From: a virus
IMG/VR virus record: IMGVR_UViG_3300044632_001319
Strand: one strand, 5' to 3'
Length of the DNA stretch: 64,000 bases
The notes beneath the pieces were generated by a model that saw nothing but the letters and a program-made list of their open reading frames with translations, made no database searches and was not told the origin of the DNA. This document shows positions 10,082 through 21,044 of this stretch, piece by piece; positions within the stretch are counted from its first letter, which is position 1; every line of letters begins with the position of its first letter. The position numbers and the translations under genes were made by a program.

Positions 10082-11214
10082 TGTTATCGATAATTCTAAA
10101 CAGTCAAGAAGAAACCGCAAGATCATCGCTTGCCGAACTAAGCACTGCAATAAGTGATCTGAATTCTACATTGTTTAACACTTCTGATTGTGGTGTAAAT
10201 TATGACATTGCGAATCAAATACCGCTATGGATCATCTACGAAAAGCAAGACCGAATCGACGCGGGAAACAGTGGTCTTTCTATATTTGATTTCATTCAAA
10301 AATATTATAATTGGTTATACTGCGATAATATCGATGGTGCAGGATATGAACTGAATACCAATCTAATTGATTTGATTGATGTCGAAAAAACCAGAACCGC
10401 ATTCCTCGAAAGATTGTCACAGATTTATGTTGATGGGTTTGACCTTGCAGGATTGCAACACAATGGTGGGTTGATTACTAGTGAAAATTTAGTGAAGTTC
10501 ATCAAAAACATTCGTAGAACCTTTTACCATAAAAAAACAACCGAAGATGGTATTCGTTACTTCTTCAAAACACTGTTTGGTGTTGAAAACGAAGATGTAA
10601 AAATAGAAACGCCAAAGAAAAATATATTAAGACTCAACGGTGGTAGATTTTATAATGAAGACTTTTCTTTCCCAGGCAGAACTGGTGCATATGACTTACT
10701 TGGAGCACTGAGTGGAAGTTATCTTAATGGATCCAGGATGCAAGATGGAAATTGGATCCAAGATTGGTCATATTTACTTAGTGTCGGTGTAATAGCAACA
10801 GAATATAAACAATCATATCTGAATATAGCACACCCTGCTGGAATAAAAATTGTATTTGAAAAGACCCTTGCAGATTATCAGGGTCCAACATTTGATGAAA
10901 CAAATCCATTTGTATGTGAACTTCCTATTTTATCAAACTACGCACCATATGGTATTTCGTTTGATTACCGTGGATCGACTGCGGGAATCTATGTTACATG
11001 GACGGGTGTAAGTGGAATTACATTTGTGGGATTAACTGCAAATACTGGTTGCGGTCCTGGGTATACTGGATTTACTGGACCAACATACCTGTTCCCAAAC
11101 TGGACATCTCAAACCAATGTATTTAATTTTAAGGATCTATATATTGGTACGATGTTGGAATTATGCTACCCAGCAGATCTAGGTTCTCCAAACGCAGGTT
11201 CACAATGCTCTTAA
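10081..11214 (+). CDS. gp7: Short baseplate wedge initiator (gp7-like)
   Basis: F...YY.WL, FIKNIR..FY.KK.TE.GIRYFFK.LFG, QD...Q.WSY, HPAG.K.F; lies between gp6 and gp8. Confidence 0.7.
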   Translation: MLSIILNSQEETARSSLAELSTAISDLNSTLFNTSDCGVNYDIANQIPLWIIYEKQDRIDAGNSGLSIFDFIQKYYNWLYCDNIDGAGYELNTNLIDLIDVEKTRTAFLERLSQIYVDGFDLAGLQHNGGLITSENLVKFIKNIRRTFYHKKTTEDGIRYFFKTLFGVENEDVKIETPKKNILRLNGGRFYNEDFSFPGRTGAYDLLGALSGSYLNGSRMQDGNWIQDWSYLLSVGVIATEYKQSYLNIAHPAGIKIVFEKTLADYQGPTFDETNPFVCELPILSNYAPYGISFDYRGSTAGIYVTWTGVSGITFVGLTANTGCGPGYTGFTGPTYLFPNWTSQTNVFNFKDLYIGTMLELCYPADLGSPNAGSQCS

Positions 11215-11230
11215 CTAAACTGGAACAAAA

Positions 11231-12985
11231 ATGAGTATCAAAAGTCAAAATGTTAAAAAGTTTATAACAGACACTGGAACGAGCAAACAATTGTTTGTAT
11301 TCGTCGGTGCTGACACCAAAAATACCACATCGGATTCATCACAAACAGAAATTGACATATGGAATGATTCTGATTTTTCACTCAGGGTTGGTCAGAATAG
11401 TTTAAGTGCTGTTGTACAAAATATAAAATGGGTACAGAAAAATGCATATGTTCCATGGTCTGCAACAACACAAAACGTTGGTAACTTTTACGCATACAAT
11501 GAACAAAACGGATATGTGTATCTTTGCGTCTCAGATAATGCAAAAAATACAATAAACCAAAATAAAAACATTTCAAACATAAGACCATCACACATAACTG
11601 GTATACAGTCATATTCTGATGGTTATTCTTGGTTAACCCTTTACAGAATCACAGCATCGCACGAAAGATTCATATCATCCCAATGGATTCCTGTTTTTTC
11701 TTTTGATACCTTTGATGCATCAGATCAACAAACACAACTGCAAAAAACACAATCCTTTTGTAATAGCAATACTGGAGAAACTGGTCAATGTGGAATATAT
11801 GCCAAGATTCCACTTAGCACAGACGACGATGACGGAACAATAGAATACCAAAAGGGTAATTTATTTACCGTGGCACAAAATATCACATGCAGTGATTGTC
11901 ATTATTTGATGTATAATGATGAAAAGTTTGTTTCAAAATTCTATTCTAACTCAACTACTGTACCAAGTACAATAACAATTAATGGTACATACGAAGAGGT
12001 TGGAAATTTAATACAATTAAATCAAATTTCAACTGCATCTCCATATTATTACCTATACAATATAAACGAAACAAATAATCTGGACGAAGGGTGTATTATA
12101 TCAGCATTTGTTGACCTAACAGGGTTATCGAACACTCAACTAATTACAAATACACTCAATCCATCTATTACAATTGTAAGCAATACTGGTTCTGGTGCTT
12201 CATTAAGATTCACAACTTCAATATACAACGATTCGTATGTAGTAGATGGCATAGAAGTTATCTCTAGAGGATCGAACTATAAAGATTATAGATTGTCAGT
12301 CAATAATAATAACTTTTTAGGAATATCTGGTGATACACTATTAAATAAGATAAGATTAAATCTAGATAAAATCGACCACATCGGAGTTGATCCTATAAGT
12401 GTTCTGGGATCCCAACATGTGATGATCGATGCTAGAATTGAAAAACAAAATATAGTTAATTCTGGAATAGGATTACCAACAAATGTGAATTTCTTCGGAC
12501 TTGTGGAAAACCCACTTGGAATATCTGGATCGACACAAGTAATTTCTGGTTCGAATATTAACAAGAAACTAGATTCAATTTTTAGAACCACGATAAAGGC
12601 AGAGGCATCTGTTGTAGGATCTCCGTCGTTGCTTCCAGAAACAGATGAAAAATATGATACCTCACCATCGGTAGGCGATGAAGATCCATTGACCGATGTG
12701 ATAATTGGTGGAGTATCTGACGTTGTAGGTGGATCACCATCTACATCCACAATCGAAATCAAAAATGTTCCATATTCAAAATCTACATCTTTAGTTGGAT
12801 CAGAACTTATAGGACCAATCGGAGAGAGTCCAAAAGTAGGAACAGTAATAAACACAATAGTAGAAGTTCCATCATTCGTACAATATACTGGAAATATTCT
12901 TTCAACAACTAAACTGAGTTCTAACTTGCCAGTATCGGATGTAGATTCAGTTATTATCCGTATAAATATGGTCAGAGGAATGTAA
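11231..12985 (+). CDS. gp8: Baseplate wedge subunit gp8-like
   Basis: FY......VY.C.S.N, S..RP.H..G.....DGY.W..LY.I, F.S..WIPV, GLVENP, YTG.IL. Confidence 0.8.
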   Translation: MSIKSQNVKKFITDTGTSKQLFVFVGADTKNTTSDSSQTEIDIWNDSDFSLRVGQNSLSAVVQNIKWVQKNAYVPWSATTQNVGNFYAYNEQNGYVYLCVSDNAKNTINQNKNISNIRPSHITGIQSYSDGYSWLTLYRITASHERFISSQWIPVFSFDTFDASDQQTQLQKTQSFCNSNTGETGQCGIYAKIPLSTDDDDGTIEYQKGNLFTVAQNITCSDCHYLMYNDEKFVSKFYSNSTTVPSTITINGTYEEVGNLIQLNQISTASPYYYLYNINETNNLDEGCIISAFVDLTGLSNTQLITNTLNPSITIVSNTGSGASLRFTTSIYNDSYVVDGIEVISRGSNYKDYRLSVNNNNFLGISGDTLLNKIRLNLDKIDHIGVDPISVLGSQHVMIDARIEKQNIVNSGIGLPTNVNFFGLVENPLGISGSTQVISGSNINKKLDSIFRTTIKAEASVVGSPSLLPETDEKYDTSPSVGDEDPLTDVIIGGVSDVVGGSPSTSTIEIKNVPYSKSTSLVGSELIGPIGESPKVGTVINTIVEVPSFVQYTGNILSTTKLSSNLPVSDVDSVIIRINMVRGM

Positions 12986-13695
12986 TGAAAACACCATTTG
13001 GAACAAATTTACCATTATCTGAAGCACCATATTACAGTAGGATATCCAATCAGACTGATAATGGTAAGAATTATTACTTGACAGCATTCAATCCTGGTTA
13101 TGCACTACAAGCATCAGAACTAAACGAATTACAAGAAATATTTTTTGTAAATCAAAATCTTTCTCAGAGAACGAATGCAAACTGGTCTAATGCTGGATAC
13201 AAAATTCCATTTTGGGAAGGTTGCATTCCATTAAATCCAAGTTCTGTATCAATATCACAGGTAGCAACTGCAAATAGTTCATCTACATTTACAGTCACCT
13301 TAGCAAATGATTGGTATCTTTGGACAGAAAAAACATCAAAGATGAGTTTCTGGATTTACAATAATTTATCAACAACATCATTCTCCTTTACGACAACCAG
13401 CGGTGTTGGTCCTACTGAATATGTTGGATTTACTGTAACGAACGAATTAATTGATTGTTGTCAGGCAGCAAATTGTGACGTTAATCAAGATTCTACACTA
13501 CGAGACAATTCAAACGGATTATCTGACACATATTATACATGTGGTGCTTCTAGAAAGAAAGCATCAATCACCAATGCTATAATCTTGTCAGCAACAACAT
13601 CCTCAACATTCTTCCCATTATTTAATGTAACGCTTACTAATAGCACAACAGCATCATTTAAATTCATGGATAACCAAGAAATAATTATAAACTGA
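12985..13695 (+). CDS. Virion structural protein with a DUF4815/VrlC-like N-terminus
   Basis: APYY...KNYY..AFNPGYALQASELNELQ matches the conserved start of the protein that follows gp8 in cyanophage-type T4-likes. Confidence 0.65.
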   Translation: MKTPFGTNLPLSEAPYYSRISNQTDNGKNYYLTAFNPGYALQASELNELQEIFFVNQNLSQRTNANWSNAGYKIPFWEGCIPLNPSSVSISQVATANSSSTFTVTLANDWYLWTEKTSKMSFWIYNNLSTTSFSFTTTSGVGPTEYVGFTVTNELIDCCQAANCDVNQDSTLRDNSNGLSDTYYTCGASRKKASITNAIILSATTSSTFFPLFNVTLTNSTTASFKFMDNQEIIIN

Positions 13696-13709
13696 TTTAG
13701 GATAATTAA

Positions 13710-16037
13710 ATGGCATTCAATACCACTATAAATCAACTCACAGGAACCTCTACCTTTTTCGATTGGTTCAACAAAGAAAATAATGAAATTATTTCTAAAC
13801 TAAATCAATGCACAGTTTCTGGTGTAACAAGTGGTGATGGTGTTCTTGCATCATTGAATGCTTCCTCTGGATTAGTCACATTAAGCATTGGTGGAACCTC
13901 TGGAACAATAACAACTGGACTTAGTTTTGCGGGAGATGTTTCATTCTTAGGTGAAGCAGTCCTGCCAAACACCTCGTTTAAGATTACAGGAATAACATCA
14001 GGTTCTCCAGGATATAGTTTTGGATCTGTAGTCAAGATATCCTCATCTGGATACACACTTGCTAGAGCAAACGATCCAGATTCGGCAGAAGTTGTTGGTG
14101 TTTTATCTTCATTCGACACAACATATTCTGTTGTTACACTCACGGGAAGAATAGATGGCAATTTTACAAATGTTGCTGGTGGAACTCTTTCTCCTGGTTG
14201 CATTTACTTCTTAAGTCCCACCGCAAGAGGAAATATAACAACCACAGAACCAACTACGATTGGTTATGTTTCTAAACCAGTAATTCTTGGTCTAGGAGAA
14301 ACCGCTGGATTGGTCTTACAATATAGAGGCAACTATTTAAATGGTTCTATAAGCGGTGCTGGTGGTTCTGGTGGCAATAGAATATATTTCACATTACCAG
14401 CATCATCAAATCCTGGAACTTATGGATTCTCTGCTGGATACTTCTTATCATATGCGAAAGAACAATTAGACGGCAACACATTCATGCACAAATTTTTGGT
14501 TGACACTGGAAGAACTTCAATCAATGGTTGGTTCTTGAGTGCTGCAAACGATGTTGCATTTCCATTAGGTGCTGGAAATTATGGTCCAATGCCAGGTGAG
14601 GAAGAATTTATAGTAGGTATGGTTGAATCTATCACGACAAGTGGATCAGATTTGATATATCAACTTATCACTAATGGTCAAACTACAGTAATACCATATA
14701 GCATATCATCATACGCTTCATCTAAAGTAGGAACATGGTTTGTCTCTGGAACAACTTATGCAATTGCTCCTGCTGGAATAACACAAATAGTACCAACACA
14801 AATTGGAGCATATAACCCAGGAACTAAAGTTGGTATGGTATTTGATTCAAGTGTGCCAAACTGGTATGTTGATATAAAGAAAGTAGAAATTAGAACAGCA
14901 GGATCTCCTGTAAATATCAACAACACAACAAATGTTTACGATGTGTTAACTGATTCCACAAACTATGCATATAATGGAGATTTTTCAATATGGCAAAGAA
15001 ATGTGGGAAGAGATTCGGTATACAATAATAAAAATAGCACATACTTTGCTGATGGTTGGATTTTTAGACAAAATAATATCGATGCAGGAAGTGTTCAAAC
15101 ACTACAAAGACAAACACTTTCATCTGTAAGTACAGAAGTTGAAACTAATCCAGATTATTATATTGACATTAAATGTGTTGCTGCTCCAGCTGGTGCTAAT
15201 CCCGAAAACGGAGAGCATTCAATAGGTCATGTCATTGAAAATATTAAAACATTCAACGGCACTACAATTACAGTAAGTTTCTATGCAAAATGTGCTTTAT
15301 CTGGATATAGTCTAGATGTTTATCTTGCAAGGTATTCTGCTGGGTCTAGAATAAGAAAATACACAATCGACACAGTTGATGTCACCACTTCTTGGAAGAA
15401 ATATACACTTCAATACGAAGTGCCCGAACTAAATGCAAGTCCACCATTCACAGACGATTATCTTGAAATTGGTGTAGACCTTATTCCTTCGGTGAAGAAA
15501 GCATATGATCTTTCTTTATCTACTGGAACAAATATTACATTCAGTATAGCATCATTCAATGTGTTTGAGGGTGCATATAAGAATCCATTCCACAAATTTG
15601 AAAAATATGAAGAGAAGTTGAAGAAGGCACAACGATTCTACTACACAACATATACATCGGGTCAAACTATTGCAACACCCACTATGTCTGAGCAAGATGA
15701 ACCAGCACTAAACTGCCATAACTTCACATATCTCCCCAATGCTCCTTTCTCAATATTGAAACTTCCTGTTGAGCAAAAGAAAACTCCAACTGTAAGTGTA
15801 TATTCTCCAAAGACAGGACTTGCTCCAGAATTATACAATTATACAGCAAAAAGAGATCTAAGAAATGCTGGAAGAACCATTGGATTTAATGGTCAAATAA
15901 GAACACCAGTATTGAATTCTTTATCTGTCGCGACCAAAGAAGACACAACTTCAATTAGATTGAATATTGGTCCAGGCGCTGTACATTATGATGTTTTATT
16001 CTGCCAGTTAGTATCAGATGCAAGTTATCCAATTTAA
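13710..16037 (+). CDS. Tail fibre/appendage protein with a C-terminal carbohydrate-binding-like domain
   Basis: N-terminal TFFDWF.K.NE attachment motif; YTLARAN...AEVVG...G.IYFLS domain; NGDFSIWQR...FADGW...TITVSFYAK...TTSWKKYT...AQRFYY typical of phage fibre jelly-roll domains. Confidence 0.6.
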   Translation: MAFNTTINQLTGTSTFFDWFNKENNEIISKLNQCTVSGVTSGDGVLASLNASSGLVTLSIGGTSGTITTGLSFAGDVSFLGEAVLPNTSFKITGITSGSPGYSFGSVVKISSSGYTLARANDPDSAEVVGVLSSFDTTYSVVTLTGRIDGNFTNVAGGTLSPGCIYFLSPTARGNITTTEPTTIGYVSKPVILGLGETAGLVLQYRGNYLNGSISGAGGSGGNRIYFTLPASSNPGTYGFSAGYFLSYAKEQLDGNTFMHKFLVDTGRTSINGWFLSAANDVAFPLGAGNYGPMPGEEEFIVGMVESITTSGSDLIYQLITNGQTTVIPYSISSYASSKVGTWFVSGTTYAIAPAGITQIVPTQIGAYNPGTKVGMVFDSSVPNWYVDIKKVEIRTAGSPVNINNTTNVYDVLTDSTNYAYNGDFSIWQRNVGRDSVYNNKNSTYFADGWIFRQNNIDAGSVQTLQRQTLSSVSTEVETNPDYYIDIKCVAAPAGANPENGEHSIGHVIENIKTFNGTTITVSFYAKCALSGYSLDVYLARYSAGSRIRKYTIDTVDVTTSWKKYTLQYEVPELNASPPFTDDYLEIGVDLIPSVKKAYDLSLSTGTNITFSIASFNVFEGAYKNPFHKFEKYEEKLKKAQRFYYTTYTSGQTIATPTMSEQDEPALNCHNFTYLPNAPFSILKLPVEQKKTPTVSVYSPKTGLAPELYNYTAKRDLRNAGRTIGFNGQIRTPVLNSLSVATKEDTTSIRLNIGPGAVHYDVLFCQLVSDASYPI

Positions 16038-16048
16038 CGGAGTAATAC

Positions 16049-17179
16049 ATGCCAAGTTGCAGCAATAGTTCCAATATTAGTTCATCGATAAACACATTAA
16101 GTGTTGCCCAGGGTGGTTCACGTTTATTGGTTTCAGTACCATTAGTCGCTGGATTGACATTAGGAAATGTAATTAGATATGATATTTCTACTTCAGGATA
16201 CACTGCATCTAGAGCAAACCTTGCTGAAAATTCAGAGGTATTTGGAGTTATTGAAAGTTATGATTCAGTTTCTTCTAGATTCGGTGTTGTTTTATATGGT
16301 TCTATAACTTTAGATTCTTCTAAATTTGCTGACATGGGTAGTGGTGGTGGTTCTGGCGGAAATGATATTTACTTTTTAAGTGGTCAAACTGCTGGCATTT
16401 TGCAAAATTTAGCACCAACAAATTTAAACCATATCGTAAAACCAGTATATCAAGTTTCTCCACATGGATCGTACACGGGTGTAGTTGTCAACTACCTAGG
16501 ATATAAAATAGGTGGAGATATTCAAGCAGCATTTACCGACAATGAGTCTTTGGGAAATATTCAAATTGTTGTTGGAGATACAACATTCGATGAGGGATAT
16601 GTTGATGCATCAATCTCACACGAATTGCCAGTTGCAGATTACCCAGAATACTACTCAAAGTTTGGAACTGCTTATGGATACGTTGAAAGATTAACTGTAA
16701 GCGAGAGTGTTCCAGGATCGATAGTATCTACTCTAACTGCAACACAAAGCACTTCATCATATACAGGAAAAGTTGTTTCTGTCGATTATGCAAATAAATA
16801 CATTTATGTGTTTAAGAATCCAGCAACATCTTTATCATCAACAAACAAACAAATTTCAATTGCAACTAGTGGAACGACCTCAACTAAACTGACAGTCACA
16901 TCTAGTTCAATATATTCAGTTTACACTCCAGTTGTTACAATCAATCAACCATTAACGGTTTCTGGTAAAAATGGAGAAAATCTGACAGTATCACAAAAAA
17001 TTAAAATTGGTCTGAAAGTAAAACCACTCGGTGTACAAGTGACCGTCCCAACAAATGTTACCGCTTCATCTCTAACAGCAACAGTGTTGAAAGTTGGTAC
17101 GAGTGAAGATAATGTTGAAACAATATTAGATGATTTCGAGTCAAGAATTTCTGCGATTGAAACGCGATTGAGAATGTAA
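16049..17179 (+). CDS. Virion structural protein paralogous to the N-terminal domain of the upstream fibre, with a C-terminal coiled coil
   Basis: YTASRAN...SEVFGVI...IYFLS..G....P..KPV shared with 13710..16037; ends LDDFESRISAIETRL. Confidence 0.55.
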   Translation: MPSCSNSSNISSSINTLSVAQGGSRLLVSVPLVAGLTLGNVIRYDISTSGYTASRANLAENSEVFGVIESYDSVSSRFGVVLYGSITLDSSKFADMGSGGGSGGNDIYFLSGQTAGILQNLAPTNLNHIVKPVYQVSPHGSYTGVVVNYLGYKIGGDIQAAFTDNESLGNIQIVVGDTTFDEGYVDASISHELPVADYPEYYSKFGTAYGYVERLTVSESVPGSIVSTLTATQSTSSYTGKVVSVDYANKYIYVFKNPATSLSSTNKQISIATSGTTSTKLTVTSSSIYSVYTPVVTINQPLTVSGKNGENLTVSQKIKIGLKVKPLGVQVTVPTNVTASSLTATVLKVGTSEDNVETILDDFESRISAIETRLRM

Positions 17180-17180
17180 A

Positions 17181-20100
17181 ATGATATACGGAAGTAGTCC
17201 ATACACACAAAGAAATATAGTAGGCACAACAGGACCAACAGGAAACACTGGACCAACTGGTTCAACTGGAAATGATGGCAATCCTGGCGCAACTGGTAGA
17301 ACAGGAAATACTGGTGGTGATGTAATTGGTATCACACTAGCAAATAATACTGTAATTACTACATTTTCTGACAATACTAGTTTTGTAGGATCAAATATAA
17401 TTGGAGAAACTGGATCCTATTATATCTTCGTCGGTGCTGAAAACGTTTCGGGTGATGGCATTCCTCTTGTATCGGGTGTTTCATATGAATACAGCAACAC
17501 ATCAGCAGTAGGATCTGTTCGTGTAAGAGGATTTACGACTTCATCTTCTAGAGAAGGTGCTGCTGTAGTCAAAATTAATTCAGATGTAGATTCTAATTTA
17601 TTAGATATAACTTATAATCTTAATAATATCAAGTATCTTGGTATTTCTGGTGGAATAGATGGTCAACTAGTAGTATACAGAACAGGAACAGAATTTTATG
17701 GTCTGTCTGGAACAAACTACGATCCAGATACGCAGACAGTTGATTTGCAATTCATGAACTATGGTGAGCGTGTACACTACGTTCAACCAACAAAGAAAAC
17801 AATATATGATTCTAATGGTGCTGCTACCATCGGCAGATATTTTTACTGGAGTATAGATTGGGAAAAGGCAAATATTTTTGTTCTAAACAAATATACACCC
17901 ACTGGCGGAGAACGTGTAGATGCTCAAATTTTACTGTTCAGAAATCCACCATCTGGAGATGTTGCTAAAGGCATAACAGTTATTATTCCTTCTGGAATAA
18001 CTTCTTCATCTGAAGTTTTAACACAATATGCCGTTACGGATAATCTTAATGATGGTGTAACTTTAGACACTGGAAATTATGATATATCATGGCCATTGTC
18101 GTATCCACCCTGTCTAACTACTGGCACTGACGTAATCAATATGATATCTTTGGATAACATTTGGTATGCAAACTTTGGTGTTTATAGTGGAAGCAGTGAG
18201 CAAGTAGAATGGAATGCAAACTATGCAAATTGTTTAGAATCCATTAATCTTTCAGATTATCAATACGTTCCACCAGAAGACGGTGGCAATGGTGGTGGTG
18301 GAGGAGGCGGTGGTGGAGGTGGTGGTGGAGGTGGTAGTAGTTTCTGCAAAACACCCACCACAATAGGATTATGTTGTATTGCTTGTGATGCTGGCGATTC
18401 ATTTGTTACCACTTGTTCAAATTGTGAACCATATGTTGCACAGGGAGTAGCTCAGTTTTTCCCAGAACAAAGTGATGGATATGCTGGATGTACGGCAGAA
18501 GATGCAACTAGAGGCGTTTGCTGCTATCGAAATGCTGCTGGTACTATAGTTAAAAATAATGATCCTGCTGGTGTTAGACTATGCGATTGTACAAGATTGG
18601 CATCAGATTACGCTGGAAGTCAATGGTTTAGATGGACAGAATTCAGTACATGTGTACCAAACATAAATGCAATAAACTGTCAGGATACTTTTGATGGGTT
18701 TGGAGCATGTTGTGATGGTTTAGGAAATTGCGCAAGAGATAGACAAACAACATGTGAGTCCAGTGGAAGATATTGGCAAGGTATTGGTAGACCCTGCACA
18801 TACAATGATGGATTTACAGATGTGCAAACTTGTAGAAGTGGATCTGGTGCTTGTTGCGTTTCAGGCACATGTACTGGTAACGTCAATGGTGAAACTTGTA
18901 TAAGTTCTGGTGGTAAATACTTTGGATGTCAAATTCCTTGTGCCAATTACGAATGTATTTCAGCATATCGTGGTTGCTGTGCTAGTGAATCAGATCCATT
19001 TATAGTTGAGCAACACTGGCAAGGAACGACACCACTTCCAAACAACTGGGCATTTGAACAGAGTGGTGCAAATCTTGCAGGAACTGGAACAATAGCACAC
19101 GAATTGAAAGTTGGAGATGAATTTGCTGGAGGAATTGTTGCTGGAATATTTAAACCAAAAGGAACAAGATGTTTTGGAAACACTGCATTTGGTGGATATC
19201 CTCCTCAGTTTATTCCACCAGCAAACAATAACACAGCTCAATCACAACAACTCTTTAATTTTTTAAATAATGGTGCAGAAAAGTCGTGTGACTACTATTT
19301 TAGTCAATATGATCCCTCTGGATATGGGTTTACACTAGAAAATGGTCATAACGGTGACGATGATGCTTGGTTGCTGATTGTTAGTAAGTTTCCAGTCATA
19401 ATCGAACAAAGATATTGTGCTACCTCGAATAATTTTCAAACAGCTCAACATATAGCATATATTGCGCCAAGTTTATTTAATTCTACACCAGCAATACCAA
19501 CTGCGGCAAATATTGAAAATGCAACTCCTACAGTTATCAATGAAGATAATAACAGTTTTAGAACAATATATTCTAAAAACTTTAGATTAACACATGGTGG
19601 AACTGCATTCTCTTCAATCGCTTTGGATAACTTTGCAAGCACAGCACCAGCATTATCTGAATCCACAAGATCTAATTTTACAATATGCGATACAAATCAT
19701 CAAGGATCGAATCTTACACATGATGGTGTGTATGGTACAACTCCAGGTGCAACATATTGGGCAAACACCATAGCATTTAATGGATGCTCTGATACACCAT
19801 ATACATGCAACGAATGTGCTGATTATCCATTCGTTAGATCCAGAAGAGGTTGGACTTCAACAAAGGGTGGGATGAATGGAAACTTCAGTAGAAACTGGGG
19901 TCTATTTAACACAATAAGAATTATAAATTCTGATCTTGCCGAATATTATCTTGCATCTGGAAATGGATTATTCCCAAATGGAAATAAATCTTTATATGGT
20001 GGAAGAGCATATATTAGTGAGGCAGATCCTGGATTTACTGGAATATTTCAAGCACTTCAATCACCACCAACAACAAGTTTAAATTATCAACAAACAACTG

Positions 20101-21044
20101 CTGGTGAAGGTTGTTCGATATGGAATCGTTATTATTATCCATCAGATCTTCCTCCAACAGTTTCTGAAATTGGTGCACCAATAAATCCATTAAATCTCGC
20201 GAAACAATATGTTCCATTTACTGGACCAGAAACGAAATATAATTTAGGGTTTGGTAATAATGGTTGGTTAGGAATTCTCTATCCTCAACTCTCTCGTTGG
20301 TATATTCCCAGCATAGATGAATTGTCATTTATCGCAAGTAGATGTTTAGATCCAAACGTTAACTTGCAGCAGAAAATACAAGATGCATCTGGTATTCGCA
20401 TTGGAAATATTTTCTTGAATTCGAATACAGGAGCAAATGCTGCTGGTGCTGGACTGACTGGTTGGGTTTGGTCATCAACAATAACGTTTAATGAAACAGT
20501 ACCTGGTCAGTATCTACAAGGATCTGGTTCTGTAAATGGTATCACCGCATCATCACCTCAACCACTGAGTGGAACAAACGTAACAGTAGATGGGTTCCAA
20601 CAAAATTATTCTGCTGGTCAAATCACTGCATCACAATTCAGTAAAGCATGGGCATTAAAATTTGATACTGGAACAACCACCACACTACCAAATCCAAACG
20701 GATTTAAAGTAATGAAAAGAAATGACAGTAAACAAGGAAATGACAATGTCAATAATCGATTTGAACTTCGACTTGTTCGTCAAATTCGTTGCGATAGAAA
20801 ATTTTATTGGAACGGTGATAATCCAAGATACAGAAACACATTCTGGGCAGTTCCTAGATTGACTCCATCAGATGTAACTACTGGTAATTTTTATTCTCAT
20901 AGTGGAAATGCTTTATCAGTAACTGCACCCCCATGGCCTGGCAATGGTATTATTGCTCCACCAAATACATTACTGAATGGATTGTTCAATAATTTAAATT
21001 CATTCGTTGGCACTATACATAAAAATAGTATGAGAACTAATTAA
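17181..21044 (+). CDS. Collagen-like, Cys-repeat, DUF1566/C-type-lectin-like fibre protein 1
   Basis: MIYGSS then GTTGPTGNTGPTG; poly-Gly linker; GLCC/GVCC/GACC repeats; VGDEFAGG, WYIPSIDEL, WVWSST, LRLVR. Confidence 0.65.
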   Translation: MIYGSSPYTQRNIVGTTGPTGNTGPTGSTGNDGNPGATGRTGNTGGDVIGITLANNTVITTFSDNTSFVGSNIIGETGSYYIFVGAENVSGDGIPLVSGVSYEYSNTSAVGSVRVRGFTTSSSREGAAVVKINSDVDSNLLDITYNLNNIKYLGISGGIDGQLVVYRTGTEFYGLSGTNYDPDTQTVDLQFMNYGERVHYVQPTKKTIYDSNGAATIGRYFYWSIDWEKANIFVLNKYTPTGGERVDAQILLFRNPPSGDVAKGITVIIPSGITSSSEVLTQYAVTDNLNDGVTLDTGNYDISWPLSYPPCLTTGTDVINMISLDNIWYANFGVYSGSSEQVEWNANYANCLESINLSDYQYVPPEDGGNGGGGGGGGGGGGGGGSSFCKTPTTIGLCCIACDAGDSFVTTCSNCEPYVAQGVAQFFPEQSDGYAGCTAEDATRGVCCYRNAAGTIVKNNDPAGVRLCDCTRLASDYAGSQWFRWTEFSTCVPNINAINCQDTFDGFGACCDGLGNCARDRQTTCESSGRYWQGIGRPCTYNDGFTDVQTCRSGSGACCVSGTCTGNVNGETCISSGGKYFGCQIPCANYECISAYRGCCASESDPFIVEQHWQGTTPLPNNWAFEQSGANLAGTGTIAHELKVGDEFAGGIVAGIFKPKGTRCFGNTAFGGYPPQFIPPANNNTAQSQQLFNFLNNGAEKSCDYYFSQYDPSGYGFTLENGHNGDDDAWLLIVSKFPVIIEQRYCATSNNFQTAQHIAYIAPSLFNSTPAIPTAANIENATPTVINEDNNSFRTIYSKNFRLTHGGTAFSSIALDNFASTAPALSESTRSNFTICDTNHQGSNLTHDGVYGTTPGATYWANTIAFNGCSDTPYTCNECADYPFVRSRRGWTSTKGGMNGNFSRNWGLFNTIRIINSDLAEYYLASGNGLFPNGNKSLYGGRAYISEADPGFTGIFQALQSPPTTSLNYQQTTAGEGCSIWNRYYYPSDLPPTVSEIGAPINPLNLAKQYVPFTGPETKYNLGFGNNGWLGILYPQLSRWYIPSIDELSFIASRCLDPNVNLQQKIQDASGIRIGNIFLNSNTGANAAGAGLTGWVWSSTITFNETVPGQYLQGSGSVNGITASSPQPLSGTNVTVDGFQQNYSAGQITASQFSKAWALKFDTGTTTTLPNPNGFKVMKRNDSKQGNDNVNNRFELRLVRQIRCDRKFYWNGDNPRYRNTFWAVPRLTPSDVTTGNFYSHSGNALSVTAPPWPGNGIIAPPNTLLNGLFNNLNSFVGTIHKNSMRTN
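18282..18334 (+). repeat. Poly-glycine linker (GGN codon run)
   Basis: ggtggcaatggtggtggtggaggaggcggtggtggaggtggtggtggaggtgg encodes GGN followed by about 14 Gly. Confidence 0.9.
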
